Origin: Chiloscyllium plagiosum
Lineage: Eukaryota
Length of the DNA stretch: 64,000 nt
NCBI RefSeq assembly: GCF_004010195.1
Contig: NC_057719.1
Span: forward strand, 1,712,395 to 1,776,394
Reading direction: 5' to 3'
Under the pieces are notes generated by a model. It ran no database searches. It saw only the letters and a program-made list of their open reading frames with translations, and was not told the DNA's origin. Shown here piece after piece: positions 53,128-64,000 of the stretch (within the stretch, counting starts at the first letter, position 1; each line of letters begins with the position of its first letter). Position numbers and translations under genes: made by a program.

Positions 53128-53222
53128 CTCCACAACCACCTGATGAAGGAGCAGTGCTCTGAAAGATAGTGCTTCCAAATAAACCTGTTGGACTATAACC
53201 AGGTGTTGTGTGATTTTTCACT
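53128..53222 (+). mobile_element. PLE terminal fragment of a third family with hammerhead motif
   Basis: CAC-CTGATGA-A-GGAGC(AGT)GCTCT-GAAA-GATA-GTG followed by AATAAACCTGTTGGACTATAACC. Confidence 0.75.
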
Positions 53223-55989
53223 GGATAGGGAAAGTCACTCCATAACTGTAAGCTTCTCCTTATTTATGCTGTGTTCAAGTTCTCCATGCACAATAATCTA
53301 GCCTGACATGATTGAGGGAGAGTTACACTGCCAGAGGTATGTTCAACTGAGTCCCTGTCTGCAGGTCAGGGTTTCACTAATTGTATAAACAATACAGTAG
53401 TGGACAAGTTCTCCTGCTATCTTGGCTGACAATAGTCCCTCACCCAACAGCAGTGGTAACTAATCACCATTCTGATGCAAGGCCCTGAAAAGACTTGAAT
53501 TTTTAATTGTTTTTCTCCCTACAGAATATGCTGCTTGGCCTGCTGTGTGCTTCCTATATTCTCTGCTTTATTTCAGGTCTTCAATATCTGTAATACTTTG
53601 CTTTTATAGCAACTAGCCATTTTTTCTGAACTACTGTTTGTAAAACCTCATGTGTCTATGTTGGACATTAATTAATCTGTTGCAGACATTAATTCATAGG
53701 CTGTACCGTGCTATGGGATAAACTCTGAGATAAGTCATTGAATGTAACTTTGTGATGTAGATGTGAGATGTGATAAACCACTAAATCAGTGCTGTTACTC
53801 TTAGGTACACTGTGTGCAGTGGAATTGAATGATGCAGTTTGAAGGCCCAAGGTTTGCTGTTTGCACTGTGCTGTGCCTTCTAGTCTAATTATCGTGACAG
53901 GAGACATAGAAACATTGGCTTCTTTGTGCCTGGGTGAGTAATCAGCTGGATTATTCACTGAGGGTAGGAAAGCCAACTTGAGTATCTCCTGCTCCTGCAA
54001 GTATTATCCACAGTATGTGCAGCAGCACCATGTTATCTTTGATGATGCATCCCATATCCATGGCCCCTGCAAATCTAGATGGACAGTACAACAGGTGTAT
54101 CACCACCAGCTGCAAATCCCTCTGCATTCATACAGCACCATCTCTAGGTCAGCTGTTTGTCTGTCATTGCTGGGTCACTCTCCCTTGCATTTTCATTACC
54201 TGCACTGCAGTGGTTCAGGAAGAGGGCATTCAATCACATGGTCAAGGTAAAACTGGAGATGTGACAATAAATAGTGACCTTGCCAGCATTTAGGAATGAC
54301 TATATCAAAACATCTCTTCCTGTTGTTGATCAGTATCTGATAGCCCAATGCTGTCAAGTGAGGACAGGATAGATTAGACAAAAATACCAGCGTTTATCTG
54401 GTTTTTCTTCTGTCATGTGCTAAAAGACTGAAAAACTTGTTTTTTTAGCCTCATTGCTGATCTCAGGATGTCCCAAAGAAAGTCGTAACGAACCAGTTAC
54501 CTTTTTGAAATGGAATCACTGTTATATAGGAAATGCAGCAAATAGTTTATGATAGCAAACTCCATAAGCAGCAGATGTTAATTGAGGGATAAATGTTGGG
54601 CAGGAAACTTTCTGTTTCAGAAAGTGCAGTCAGATCTTTGTAACCTAGCTGAGAGATCAAAAGCAATCTCAATTTTTTGTCTCAGTTGCTGGACAATATC
54701 TGAGTATTTCGGTGAAAGAGTCTGCCTAGATCTTTTAATTTGATGATAATAGACTAATCAAAGCAATCAGTCTTCATCAATGAGACTGCAACAGACCCAA
54801 ACATGAGGTGAGGAAAGCCTCCAGTGGGCAGACTTTGAAAATCATAGGTCCAGAATCACATGTTCCCCATCACTCATCATGTCTCCAAATACTGTGTCCC
54901 AAAATGTTATTTCTTCAATAAAATCTGTCCAATTCACTACTTGTGCAAAGGTGATTCTAGTGAATGGACAATAAAGAAATGGAGAATGACATTGGTGAAT
55001 TGCTCATTCAGAGAGTCAGCATTGATGTGATGTATGGAATGGCCTCTTTCTGCTCTGTTCCAGTTCTACAATTCTGTGATAGCGCTCATGCTGCTAGACC
55101 AACTTGCGGTCTTTTGATCTATGTGGCTTGACTCCACAATGTACTGCGAGACCTTCAATCAGTGCAGTCAGCAGTGTGTAGGTGGAATATTTGCTGTCAA
55201 GTGCAGATGAAGCTGTAGGTGGAATTCAGAGTAGAGAAGCTGAGGGTTTTGATGTTGCAGTAAATTTCCTCTATCAATGTGCTTTCATTTTCCTTTCCCG
55301 CTGGTGATGATTAGCCCCAGCAGTTCAACACTTGATATTATAACTCAGCTAGCTGTGTCTGGACAGAATAATGTACTGTGTCGTGACTTGTTGTTCTGCC
55401 CTAGTTCTCCTGAAGCAATCTCTGTCTAGAGCTTGGTGCTGAAGCAGAGGTGGGGATCCATGTATGTGCAAGGATAGAGACCACACTGTCTCTGAAGGGT
55501 GTCCAGGTTCCAGACACCAGAAATCGTTTCATGCTCCCTTCATGCTTGAAAAAATACCATATGCTGAGATATGTTTTGTTTTTAAAAGGAGATAGATGGT
55601 GACTTGTACTACTCAGAGAGCTGGTCAATCCAAATGACCTCTCTGCTTTCTGATTTTGTAGTTTGACATGTCTGTATCAATGCAGCAGTGTGGGACGCTA
55701 ACAGTTCAGAGTCTCTGAACCTATTCAGACCTCGTCTTTAACCTGAAGACATTGACTTCTGCTTGAGGTTCAATTCTATATGAAGCCTTTGTCACTCAAA
55801 TCTTCATTATTTCTGTCTCAGTTAACTCTTTGGCAAATAAAAGCAAAATACGATGGATGCTGGAAATCTGAAATAAAAACAAAGTGCTGGAAAAACTCAG
55901 CTTGTCTGGCACCAACTATGGAGAGAGAAACAAAGTTAATGTTTCAATTGCAAAATGAATCCTCAAAACCTGCAGTAAGTGTTTTCAAA

Positions 55990-56402
55990 TCGAGAAACTT
56001 CAAATCCAAGTTGAAGAGTTGGATTCTGAGCTGCAGACGTTGCACTGCATTAGGGAAGGGGAATATTAACTGAACACTTTATTCAGGAGATGGTCACACC
56101 CCTCAGATGAGGTCATTCAAATTTGATGTATGATCAGGAACAGAAAACTGATACTGTGGGTGTGGGGACCCAGGGGGTTGCATTTGAAGAGCCACTATTC
56201 CTGAAATTGTCCACAAGCTATGCAGGCAAGAGTGGGAGGGCTGCAGGGAGGATAGGTGAAATGACGACAGCACCATTCAAGTCAGGAGAGGATATAGGAA
56301 TGTTACAGTGGTAGGAGACAGTATAATTCGGAGGAGCATTACCGTTTTGTGTAGCTAAATGCATAAAATCTAAAGTCTCTCTCATGCCTGTCCGGTGCCA
56401 AG
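55990..56402 (+). mobile_element. CR1 ORF1 remnant (coiled-coil plus GDS esterase motif)
   Basis: EELDSELQTLHCIREGEY and VVGDSIIR. Confidence 0.6.
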
Positions 56403-56499
56403 GTTATTTTGTCGTTCACCCACGGGATGTGGGTGTCACTGACTGTGTCAGTAGTTACTGTCAGCCACTAATTGAGCTTGAGAAAGTGGTGGTGAGTGA

Positions 56500-56712
56500 A
56501 GTAACTCCACAGAGGCTGAATATCCTGTCACCAGATCAGACAGTACATGACACTGACCCAGCTAGCACAGAACTAGCACCTAAATGAATAGAACCCCATA
56601 CACGGCTGTTTATATCTGTCAGCCAGGGCTCCTGACTGGACCAGATTAACAGCCCCAATAAGTGACCTCATATTCCCTGAGGGCCACTGGCCGACCTCGT
56701 TCCGATCACCGC
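56500..56712 (-). mobile_element. Possible short solo LTR inserted in a LINE tail
   Basis: Interrupts a LINE 3' end (56405-56498 and 56715 onward); reverse strand has a GATATAAA TATA-like box. Confidence 0.4.
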
Positions 56713-56714
56713 AG

Positions 56715-57245
56715 TGAGCTGATTTCTGAAGTCCCTGTGCTGTAGGTTGACTTATCATGTTCTTGGGAAGGAATTCCAGGATTCTGACCCAGTGACACTG
56801 ATGGAACAGCGACATATTTCCAAGTCAGGATGGTGAGTGGCTTGGAGGAGAACTTGCAGGGGGTGGTGTTCCCATGTATCTGCTGCCCTTGTCCTTCTAG
56901 TTGGAAGTGGTCATGGGTTTGGAAAGTATTATCTAAGGATCTTTGGTGAATTTCTGCAATGCATCTTGTAGATGGTACGCTCTACTGCTACTGAGTGTCG
57001 GTGGTGGAGGAAGTGAATGTCTGTGGATGTGGGGCCAATCAAGTGGCTGCTTTGTCCTGGATGGTGTCAAGCTTCGAGTGTGTTGGAGTTACACCCATCC
57101 AAGCAAGTGGAGAGTATTCCATCACACTCCTGACTTGTGCCTTGTAGATGGTGGGCAGGTTTGGGAGAGTAAGAAAGTGAGTTACTCACATTTCGAGCAG
57201 TATTCCTAGTTTCTGACCTGATTTTGTGGTCTCTGTATTAATATG
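56715..57245 (-). mobile_element. LINE (CR1/L2 group) 3' fragment; related copy at 58720-59870
   Basis: Shared blocks caagtcaggatggtgagtggcttggag and gagtattccatcacactcctgacttgt (reverse: QVRSVMEYS). Confidence 0.75.
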
Positions 57246-57339
57246 GAACTTGGAGTTGGAAGGGAGGGATCCAGTTTTCATTATCCGTGTTGCTCCCAGT
57301 AACATTGACTGGTCTAGTTAGGAGGTTCTGCTGAAAGAA

Positions 57340-58680
57340 ATGGACTGAGGCTCCGTAGCCATATAGGGTAGATAATTCTTAAGATTCATCACCCCTGCGT
57401 AAAATAGTTTCTCAGTCCTAAATTACACACCTCTTAATTTTAAATTCTGCTCCCTACGTCTGGACTTCCCAACCAGGGGATACATCTTTCCTATCTATCC
57501 CTTTTCAGGTATTTTGTAAGTTTCAATGAAACCACCCTGATTCTTTGAAACTCTAGAGAATATAGGCTGAGTTTGCCCAATCTGTCTTCATGGATAGTCC
57601 CACCATCCCAGGAGCTCATCTGATGAATGTGTATTGCACTCTCTCTTGGCGATCAGTTCATTACTAAGATAAGGAAACCAAACCTGCTCGCAGTGATCCA
57701 GGGTGATCTAATCAAGCTCCTATACAAGTGAAGCAAGACTTCACTACTCCTCTACTCAAATCCTCTTAAAGTAAAGGCTAACATTTCGTTAGCCTTCCCA
57801 GTAGATTGTTGCTCCTCTTGTTAGCCTACAGTGATTTATCAACAAGGACACTAGGTGCCTTTGTACATCAAGATGAAAGTGAGAACTGCAGATGCTGGAG
57901 ATAAGTCAAGAGTGGTGGTGCTGGAAAAGCACAGCACCTCAGGCAGCGTCTGAGGAACAGGAAAATCAACATTTTGGGCAGGAGCCCTTCATCAGGAATG
58001 ATCATCCTGATGAAGGACTCCTGTCTGAAATGTTGATTCTCCTGCTTCTCAGATGCTGCCTGACCTGTGCTTTTCCAGCACCACTCTAATCTTGACCCTT
58101 TGTACATCGATACTGTCCAATCTCTCAGCATTTTTAAAAATCCTCTGCACATCTGCTTTTCCTTCCAAAATGGATGATCTCACACTTTTCCACATTATAT
58201 TCTATCTGTCATGTTCTTGACCACTCACTAAGCCTGTCAAATCCTCCTGAAGCTTTTCTTTACATTTTCTTTACCCCACACGTTCCCATTTAGCTTTGTA
58301 TCATCCACAAATTTCAAAATAATGCATTCAGTCCCCACGTTCAAATTGTTGTTCTAAATAGTGAATGGCTGGGGTGCAAGTACTAATCCATGTGGTACCT
58401 CACTAGTCACTGACTCTCAATACATGAATTACCCATTTATTTTATATGCTGTTTTCTGTATTCGCCTATCATTAATCCATGCCCATACATTACCTCTGAT
58501 CACATGTGCTTTCATGTTTCTATCCCGCCTCCTGTGGGGGACCAAATCAGAAAGCTGCTTAAAATCCAAGTATACAATTTCATAAGCTTTCTTATCAAAT
58601 GTGTTGTTAGCATCTTCAAAAAACTCCAAAAGGCTAATTAAACATGGCTGTCCATTCTCAAATCTATGCTGACTATGACA
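57340..58680 (-). mobile_element. Old CR1 with nested PLE palindrome (57870-58096; 12-bp TSD CCTTTGTACATC)
   Basis: ORF 58429..58629 EFFED..VYLDF..DLVPHRR; TSD at 57858-57869 and 58097-58108. Confidence 0.82.
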
Positions 58681-58719
58681 ACAAAGGTCATTGTCACCGA
58701 GGGTCTATTTATCCCTTTT

Positions 58720-59870
58720 TTTTTGTTAAGTCACTCATGGTGTAGGCATTGCTGGCTAGGTTCAGCATTTATTGCCTGTCCCAAGTTTCCCCTTGAGAAG
58801 GTGGGAGTGAGCTGTCTTCTTGAACCGCTGCAGTCCATGTGGTGTAGATTGACTGCAGCAGGCCAGGCAGCATCCAAGGAGCAGGAGAATCAACGTTTTG
58901 GGCATAAGCCCTTCTTCCTGAAGAAGGGTGTATGCCCGAAACGTCGATTCTCCTGCTCCTCAGATGCTGCCTGGCCTGCTGCACTTTTCCAGCAACACAC
59001 TTTTCAACTCTGGTCTCCAGCATCTGCAGACCTCACTTTCTCCCCGCTGTAGGTTGACCCACAATGTCCTTAGGGAGGGAATTCCGGGATTTTGACCCAG
59101 CAACACTGTAGGGAAGCAGTGACATATTTCCCAAGTCAGGATGGTGAGTGGCTTGGAGGGGAACTTGCAAGGGGTGGTGTTCCCATGTATCTGCTGCCCT
59201 TGTCCTTCTAGGTGGTAGTGTGCACAAGTTTGGAAGGTGCTGCCTGAGGAATCTTGTGAGTCAGAAACATAGGAAGTAGGTGCAGGATTAGGCCATTCAG
59301 CCCTTCGAATCTGCTGCACTATTCAATGTGATCGTGGCAAATCTTGCAGTTTCAATATCCTACTCCTGCTTTCTATCCATAGCTCTTGATCCGATTAGCT
59401 ACTTATGCATTTGCAGTGTCTCTTGTAAATGGTACACTGCTGCTGCTCAGTGACAGTGGTGGACAGAAAGGATGTTTTTGAATGTGGTGCTTTTACATGG
59501 TTGGTGTCAAGCAGCTTGAGTATTGTTGGAGCTGCATCCATGCAGGCAAGTAGGGAGTATTCCATCACACTCCTGACTTGTACCTTGTAGATGGTGGACA
59601 GGCTTTGGGGAGCCAGGATGTACTCAGTGCAGGGCTCCTAGCCCCGACCTGATCTTGCAGCCATTGTATTTATGTGGCAAATCTAGTTCAGTTTCTGGTC
59701 AATGGTAACGCCCACAGTTTGATAGTCAGCGACAGTAATGTTATTGAATGTCAAAGGATAATGTTAGATTCTTTCTTGTCGGAGTTGGCATTTGTGTGGC
59801 ATGAATGTTACTTGCCGCTTTTCACCTTAGCCTGGATCTTGTACAATCGTGCTTAATTTCAACATGAATT
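58720..59870 (-). mobile_element. LINE 3' fragment with nested PLE palindrome (58854-59045) and a CR1 tail (about 59260-59400)
   Basis: Intact hammerhead core at 58918; imperfect TSD TGTAG(A/G)TTGAC. Confidence 0.75.
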
Positions 59871-60174
59871 GCTTACTGCCTTCATAACAGATTGCAGCAC
59901 TTTCCCTACCACTGATGTAAGACTAACAGGTCTGTAGTTCCCTGCTTTCTCCCTTGCTCCCTTCTTAAATACTGGGTGATATTTGCTACCTTCCAATCCA
60001 CAGGAATCATTCAATAATCAACACAATTTTGGAAAGTAATCGTCAATGTATTAACGATCTGAAGAGCTGCCTCCTTTATCACAGGCTATAGGCCATCAGG
60101 CCGTGGGATTTATCAACTTTCAATCCCATCAATTTCTCCAATACAGCTTTCTAACTAGTGCTAATTTCCTTTAT

Positions 60175-63058
60175 AGGCCTCCGTAGAGTTCCAGGGAGGT
60201 GGAGGAGAGGATCGGCGAAACGATTCTGGGTAGGAGAGAACAGGGTGGTCATTATGGGGGAATTTAACTTCCTCAGCATTGACTGGAAATGCTATAACTC
60301 TAGTACGTCGGATAGATCAGTTTTTGTCCAATGTGTGCTGGTGGGTTTCCTGACACAGTATGTCGAAAGGCCGACAAGAGGGGAGGCCACCCTGGATCTG
60401 GTATTTGGTAATGAACCAGGCCAGGTGTTTGATTTAGTGATAAGTGAGCACTTTGGAGAGAGTGGCCATAATTCAGTTAAGTTTAGTTGAGCAATGGGAA
60501 GGGATAGGCACATGCCACAGGGCAAGAGTTATCGATGGGGGGGAAGGGCAATTATAATGCGATTAGGCAAGACATATATTTGGAAAGGCAAGGACTGATT
60601 AGGGATAGTCAACATGGCTTTGTGTGTGGGAAATCATGTCTCACAAACTTGATTAAGTTTTTTGAAGATGTAACAAAGAGGATTGATGAGGGCAGAGCGG
60701 TAGATATGATCTGTATGGACTTTAGTAAGGCGTTCGACAAGGTTCCCCATGGGAGACTGATTTGCAAGGTTAGATCTCATGGAATACAGGGAGAACTAGC
60801 CATTTGGATTCAGAACTGGCTCAAAGGTAGAAGACAGAGGGTAGTGGTGGAGGGTTGTTTTTCAGACTGGAGGCCTGTGACCAGTGGGATGCCACAAGGA
60901 TTGGTGCTGGGTCAACTACTTTTCATTATTTATATAAATGATTTGGATGTGAGCATAAGAGGTACAGTTTGTAAGTTTGTTGATGACACAAAATTAGAGG
61001 TGTAATGGACAGCGAAGAGGGTTACCTCAGATTACAATAGGATCATGATCAGATGGGCCAATGGGCTGAGAAGTTGCAGATGGAGTTTAATTTAGATAAA
61101 TGTGAGGTGCTGCATTTTGGGAAAGCAAATCTTAGCAGGACTTATACACTTAATGGTAAGGTCCTAGGGAGTGTTGCTGAACAAAGAGACCTTGGAGTGC
61201 AGGTTCATAGCTCCTTGAGCTCGCAGGTAGATAGGATAGTGAAGAAGGCGTTTAGTATGCTTTGCTTTATTGGTCAGAGTACTGAGTACAGGAGTTGGGA
61301 GGTCATGTTGCGGCTGTACAGGACATTTGTTAGGCCACTGTTGGAATATTGCTGGCAATCTGGTTTCCTTCCTATCGGAAAGATGTTGCAAAACTTGAAA
61401 GGGTTCAGAAAAGATTTACAAGGATGTTGCCAGGGTTGGAGGGTTTGAGCTACAGGGAGAGGCTGAACAGGCTGGGGCTGTTTTCCCTGGACCGTCGGAG
61501 GCTGAGGGGTGACCTTACAGAGGTTTATAAAATCATGAGGGGCATGGATAGAATAAATAGACAAAGTCTTCTTCCTGGGCTGGGGGTGTTCAGAACTAGA
61601 GAGCATAGGTTTAGGGCGAGAAGGGAAAGATAAAAGAGACCTAAGGGGCAACTTTATCACACAGAGGGTGGTGTGTCTATGGAATGAGCTGCCAGAGGAA
61701 GTGGTGGAGGCTGGTACAATTACAACATTTAAAAGGCATCTGGATGGATATATGAATAGGAAGGGTTTGGAGGGATATGGGCCAGGTGCTGGCAGGTGGG
61801 ACAAGATTGGGTTGGGATATGTGGTCAGCATGGATAAGTTGAACCGAAGAGTCTGTTTCCGTGCTGTACATCTCCTTGACTCTATGACCTAGGAAGCATA
61901 GAATGGGACAGCAAAATGCAGGGAATGGGGACAATGGAATGTGGAGCTTGTTTAAGGAACAGTTATTGCATGTCTTTGATAGGTATGTCCCTGTCAGGCA
62001 GGGAGAACGTGATAAGGTAAGGGAACTGTGGTTTACTACAGAAATTGTATCTCTTGTTAAGCGGAAGAGGAAGGCTTATGTGACGCTGAGGTGAGATGGT
62101 ACAGATGAGGCGATGGAGAGTTACAGATCAGCGAGGAAGGATTTAAAGAGTGAGTTAAGAGCAAGGAGGGGACATGAGCAGTCTTTAGCAAATAGAATAA
62201 AGGAGAACTCTAAAGCTTTCTATAGGTATGTGAGGAATAAAAGGATTACTAGGGTAGGAATGAGCCTGTCAAAGATAGAAATGGGAAGTTGTATGTAGAC
62301 CCTGTGGAGATTGGAGGGGTGCTAAATGAATATTTCTCATCTGGTTTCACTCAGGAAAAGTAAAGTATTGTAGAGGAGAAGACTGAGATACGGGCTATTA
62401 GACTAGAAAGGATTGAGGTTAGTAAGGAGGAGGTGTTATCAATTCTAGAAGATGTGAAAGTAGATAAGTTCCCTGGGCCGGATAGAATTTTTCCAAGAAC
62501 TCTCTGGGAACTCGGGAGGAGATGCCTAGCCTTTGGCCTTGACCTTTGAGTCGTCATTGTCTATAGGTTTAGTAGACGGGAGGATTGTAAATGTTGTGCC
62601 CTTGTTCAAGGGCAGCAGAGATGACCCAGGTAATTATAGACCAGTGAGCCTTACGTCTGTTGTAGGAAAAGTTTTGGAAAGGATTATAAGTGATAGGATT
62701 TATAATCATCTAGCAAGCAACAATTTGATTGGAAATAGTCAACATGGTTTTGTCAAAGGCGGGTCGTGTCTCACAAACCTCATTGAGTGTTTTTGAGAAG
62801 GTGACCAAGCAGGTAGATGAGGGTAGGGCAGTTGACGTGGTGTACATGGACATCAGTAAAGCCTTTGTTAAGGTTCCACATGGTAGGCTACAGGAGAAAA
62901 TGCGGAGGCGTGGGATTGAGGGTGATTTAGCAGTTTGGATTAGAAACTGGCTTTCTGTAAGAAGCCAACAGTGGTAGTTGATGGAAAATATTCAGCCTGG
63001 AGTCCGGTTACTAGTAGTGTGCCATAAGGATCTGGTTTGGGACCACTGCTGTTTGTCA
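60175..63058 (+). mobile_element. CR1 LINE (endonuclease to RT) with a younger CR1 (about 60574-61889) nested inside
   Basis: Outer copy reads MGEFNFLSIDW..PTRGEATLDLV, resuming at about 61890 through PGNYRPVSLTS and KVPHGRL; inner copy runs RT to tail (ctctatgac). Confidence 0.9.
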
Positions 63059-63667
63059 GAGCAAGGAATACAATGTCACAGCTGCAGCAAAGGTGCATAG
63101 AGAACAAGATCAGTGTTAAACTTAAAATTTGAGAGGTTCATTCAGAAGTCTGACAAAAGTGGGGAAGATACTGTTCTTGAAACTGTTTGTACACACTCTA
63201 TCGTATTGTGATCACTTATCCCTAAATGTTATTTTGCATCAACATTGTTGATTAGTCCTTTTTGAATTACTTAATACTAGTTATAGAATAACATGTTGTC
63301 TGGTTGGCTCTTCAATACACCTGCCCCATATTGTCACTACTATTTGGTGGCCCATAAATAGCTCCAATCAATGCTGGTTCCCTTCGATGTTTCTTAGTTC
63401 CACCCAAACAGATTCTACAAATTGTCCTTCCAGTCTGAGATCCTCCCCTGCAAGTGAACCAATCCCATCCCATACTATCAGTGCAATTGCACCTCCTGTC
63501 CTTTTTGTCTGTACTTCCTAGACGTCAAATGCTCTCGAATATTCAATTCCCAGCTCTGGTTGGCATGCAACCAAGATTCTGTCATAGCAATTCAGTCATA
63601 TCCATTAATCTGTATTCATACCTTTTGATCATCTGCCCTGATGCGAATGCTGCATGCAATCAAATAA

Positions 63668-64000
63668 GAGTCACAAAGATGTACAGTACGGAAACAGACC
63701 CTTTGGTCCAACTCGTCCATGCTGACACAATATCCTAAATTAATCTAGTCCCATTTGCCAGCATTTAGCCCATATCACTCTAAACCGTTCCTATTCATAT
63801 ACCCATCCAGGTGCCTTTTAAATGTTGTAATTGTACCAGCCTACACCACTTCCCCTGGCAGCTCATTCCATACATTCACCACCGTCCACGTGAAAAGTTG
63901 CCCCTTATGTCCCTTTTAAATCTTTTTACCCTATCCATGCCCCTCATGATTTTATAAATCTCTATAAGGTCACCCCTCAACCTCTGAAGCTCCAGGGAAA
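63668..64000 (-). mobile_element. CR1 3' end (runs off the window)
   Basis: Same family as 14910-15710, reverse strand. Confidence 0.88.

Noticed and set aside
20254..59045. Recurrent short palindromic repeats as a CRISPR-like array
   Set aside because: Dispersed, not regularly spaced, eukaryotic context; explained as PLE termini.

Overview
Eukaryotic, repeat-dense genomic DNA, almost certainly from an elasmobranch (shark-type HE1 V-SINEs, HER1/CR1 LINEs, SacSINE1-like DeuSINEs). The only host gene I can support is BRF1 (TFIIIB 90 kDa subunit) on the + strand. Four internal coding exons (34479-34540, 38933-39014, 40608-40663, 44566-44840) have phase-compatible GT-AG junctions and splice into the conserved C-terminal TBP-binding region. 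I could not find the flanking exons, so the rest of the window appears intronic. The introns are filled with decayed CR1 LINEs, a Rex1/Babar LINE, L2/CR1-group fragments, several SINE families, a Tc1/mariner-type MITE and many Penelope-like element (PLE) fragments. The most interesting non-annotated signal is about 20 minimal type-I hammerhead-ribozyme motifs (CUGANGA-stem II-GAAA-CGUC) carried by at least three PLE-derived families. Many of these sit in short palindromic units with 12-18 bp target-site duplications, and several intact cores are in the sense orientation of the BRF1 pre-mRNA. There is also a CR1 copy with a twin-priming-type 5' inversion and an 8-bp candidate TSD. PLE hammerheads are a known phenomenon; I found no clearly new protein-coding system. 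Repeat boundaries are read by eye and approximate, and family names are from recall, not a database search.
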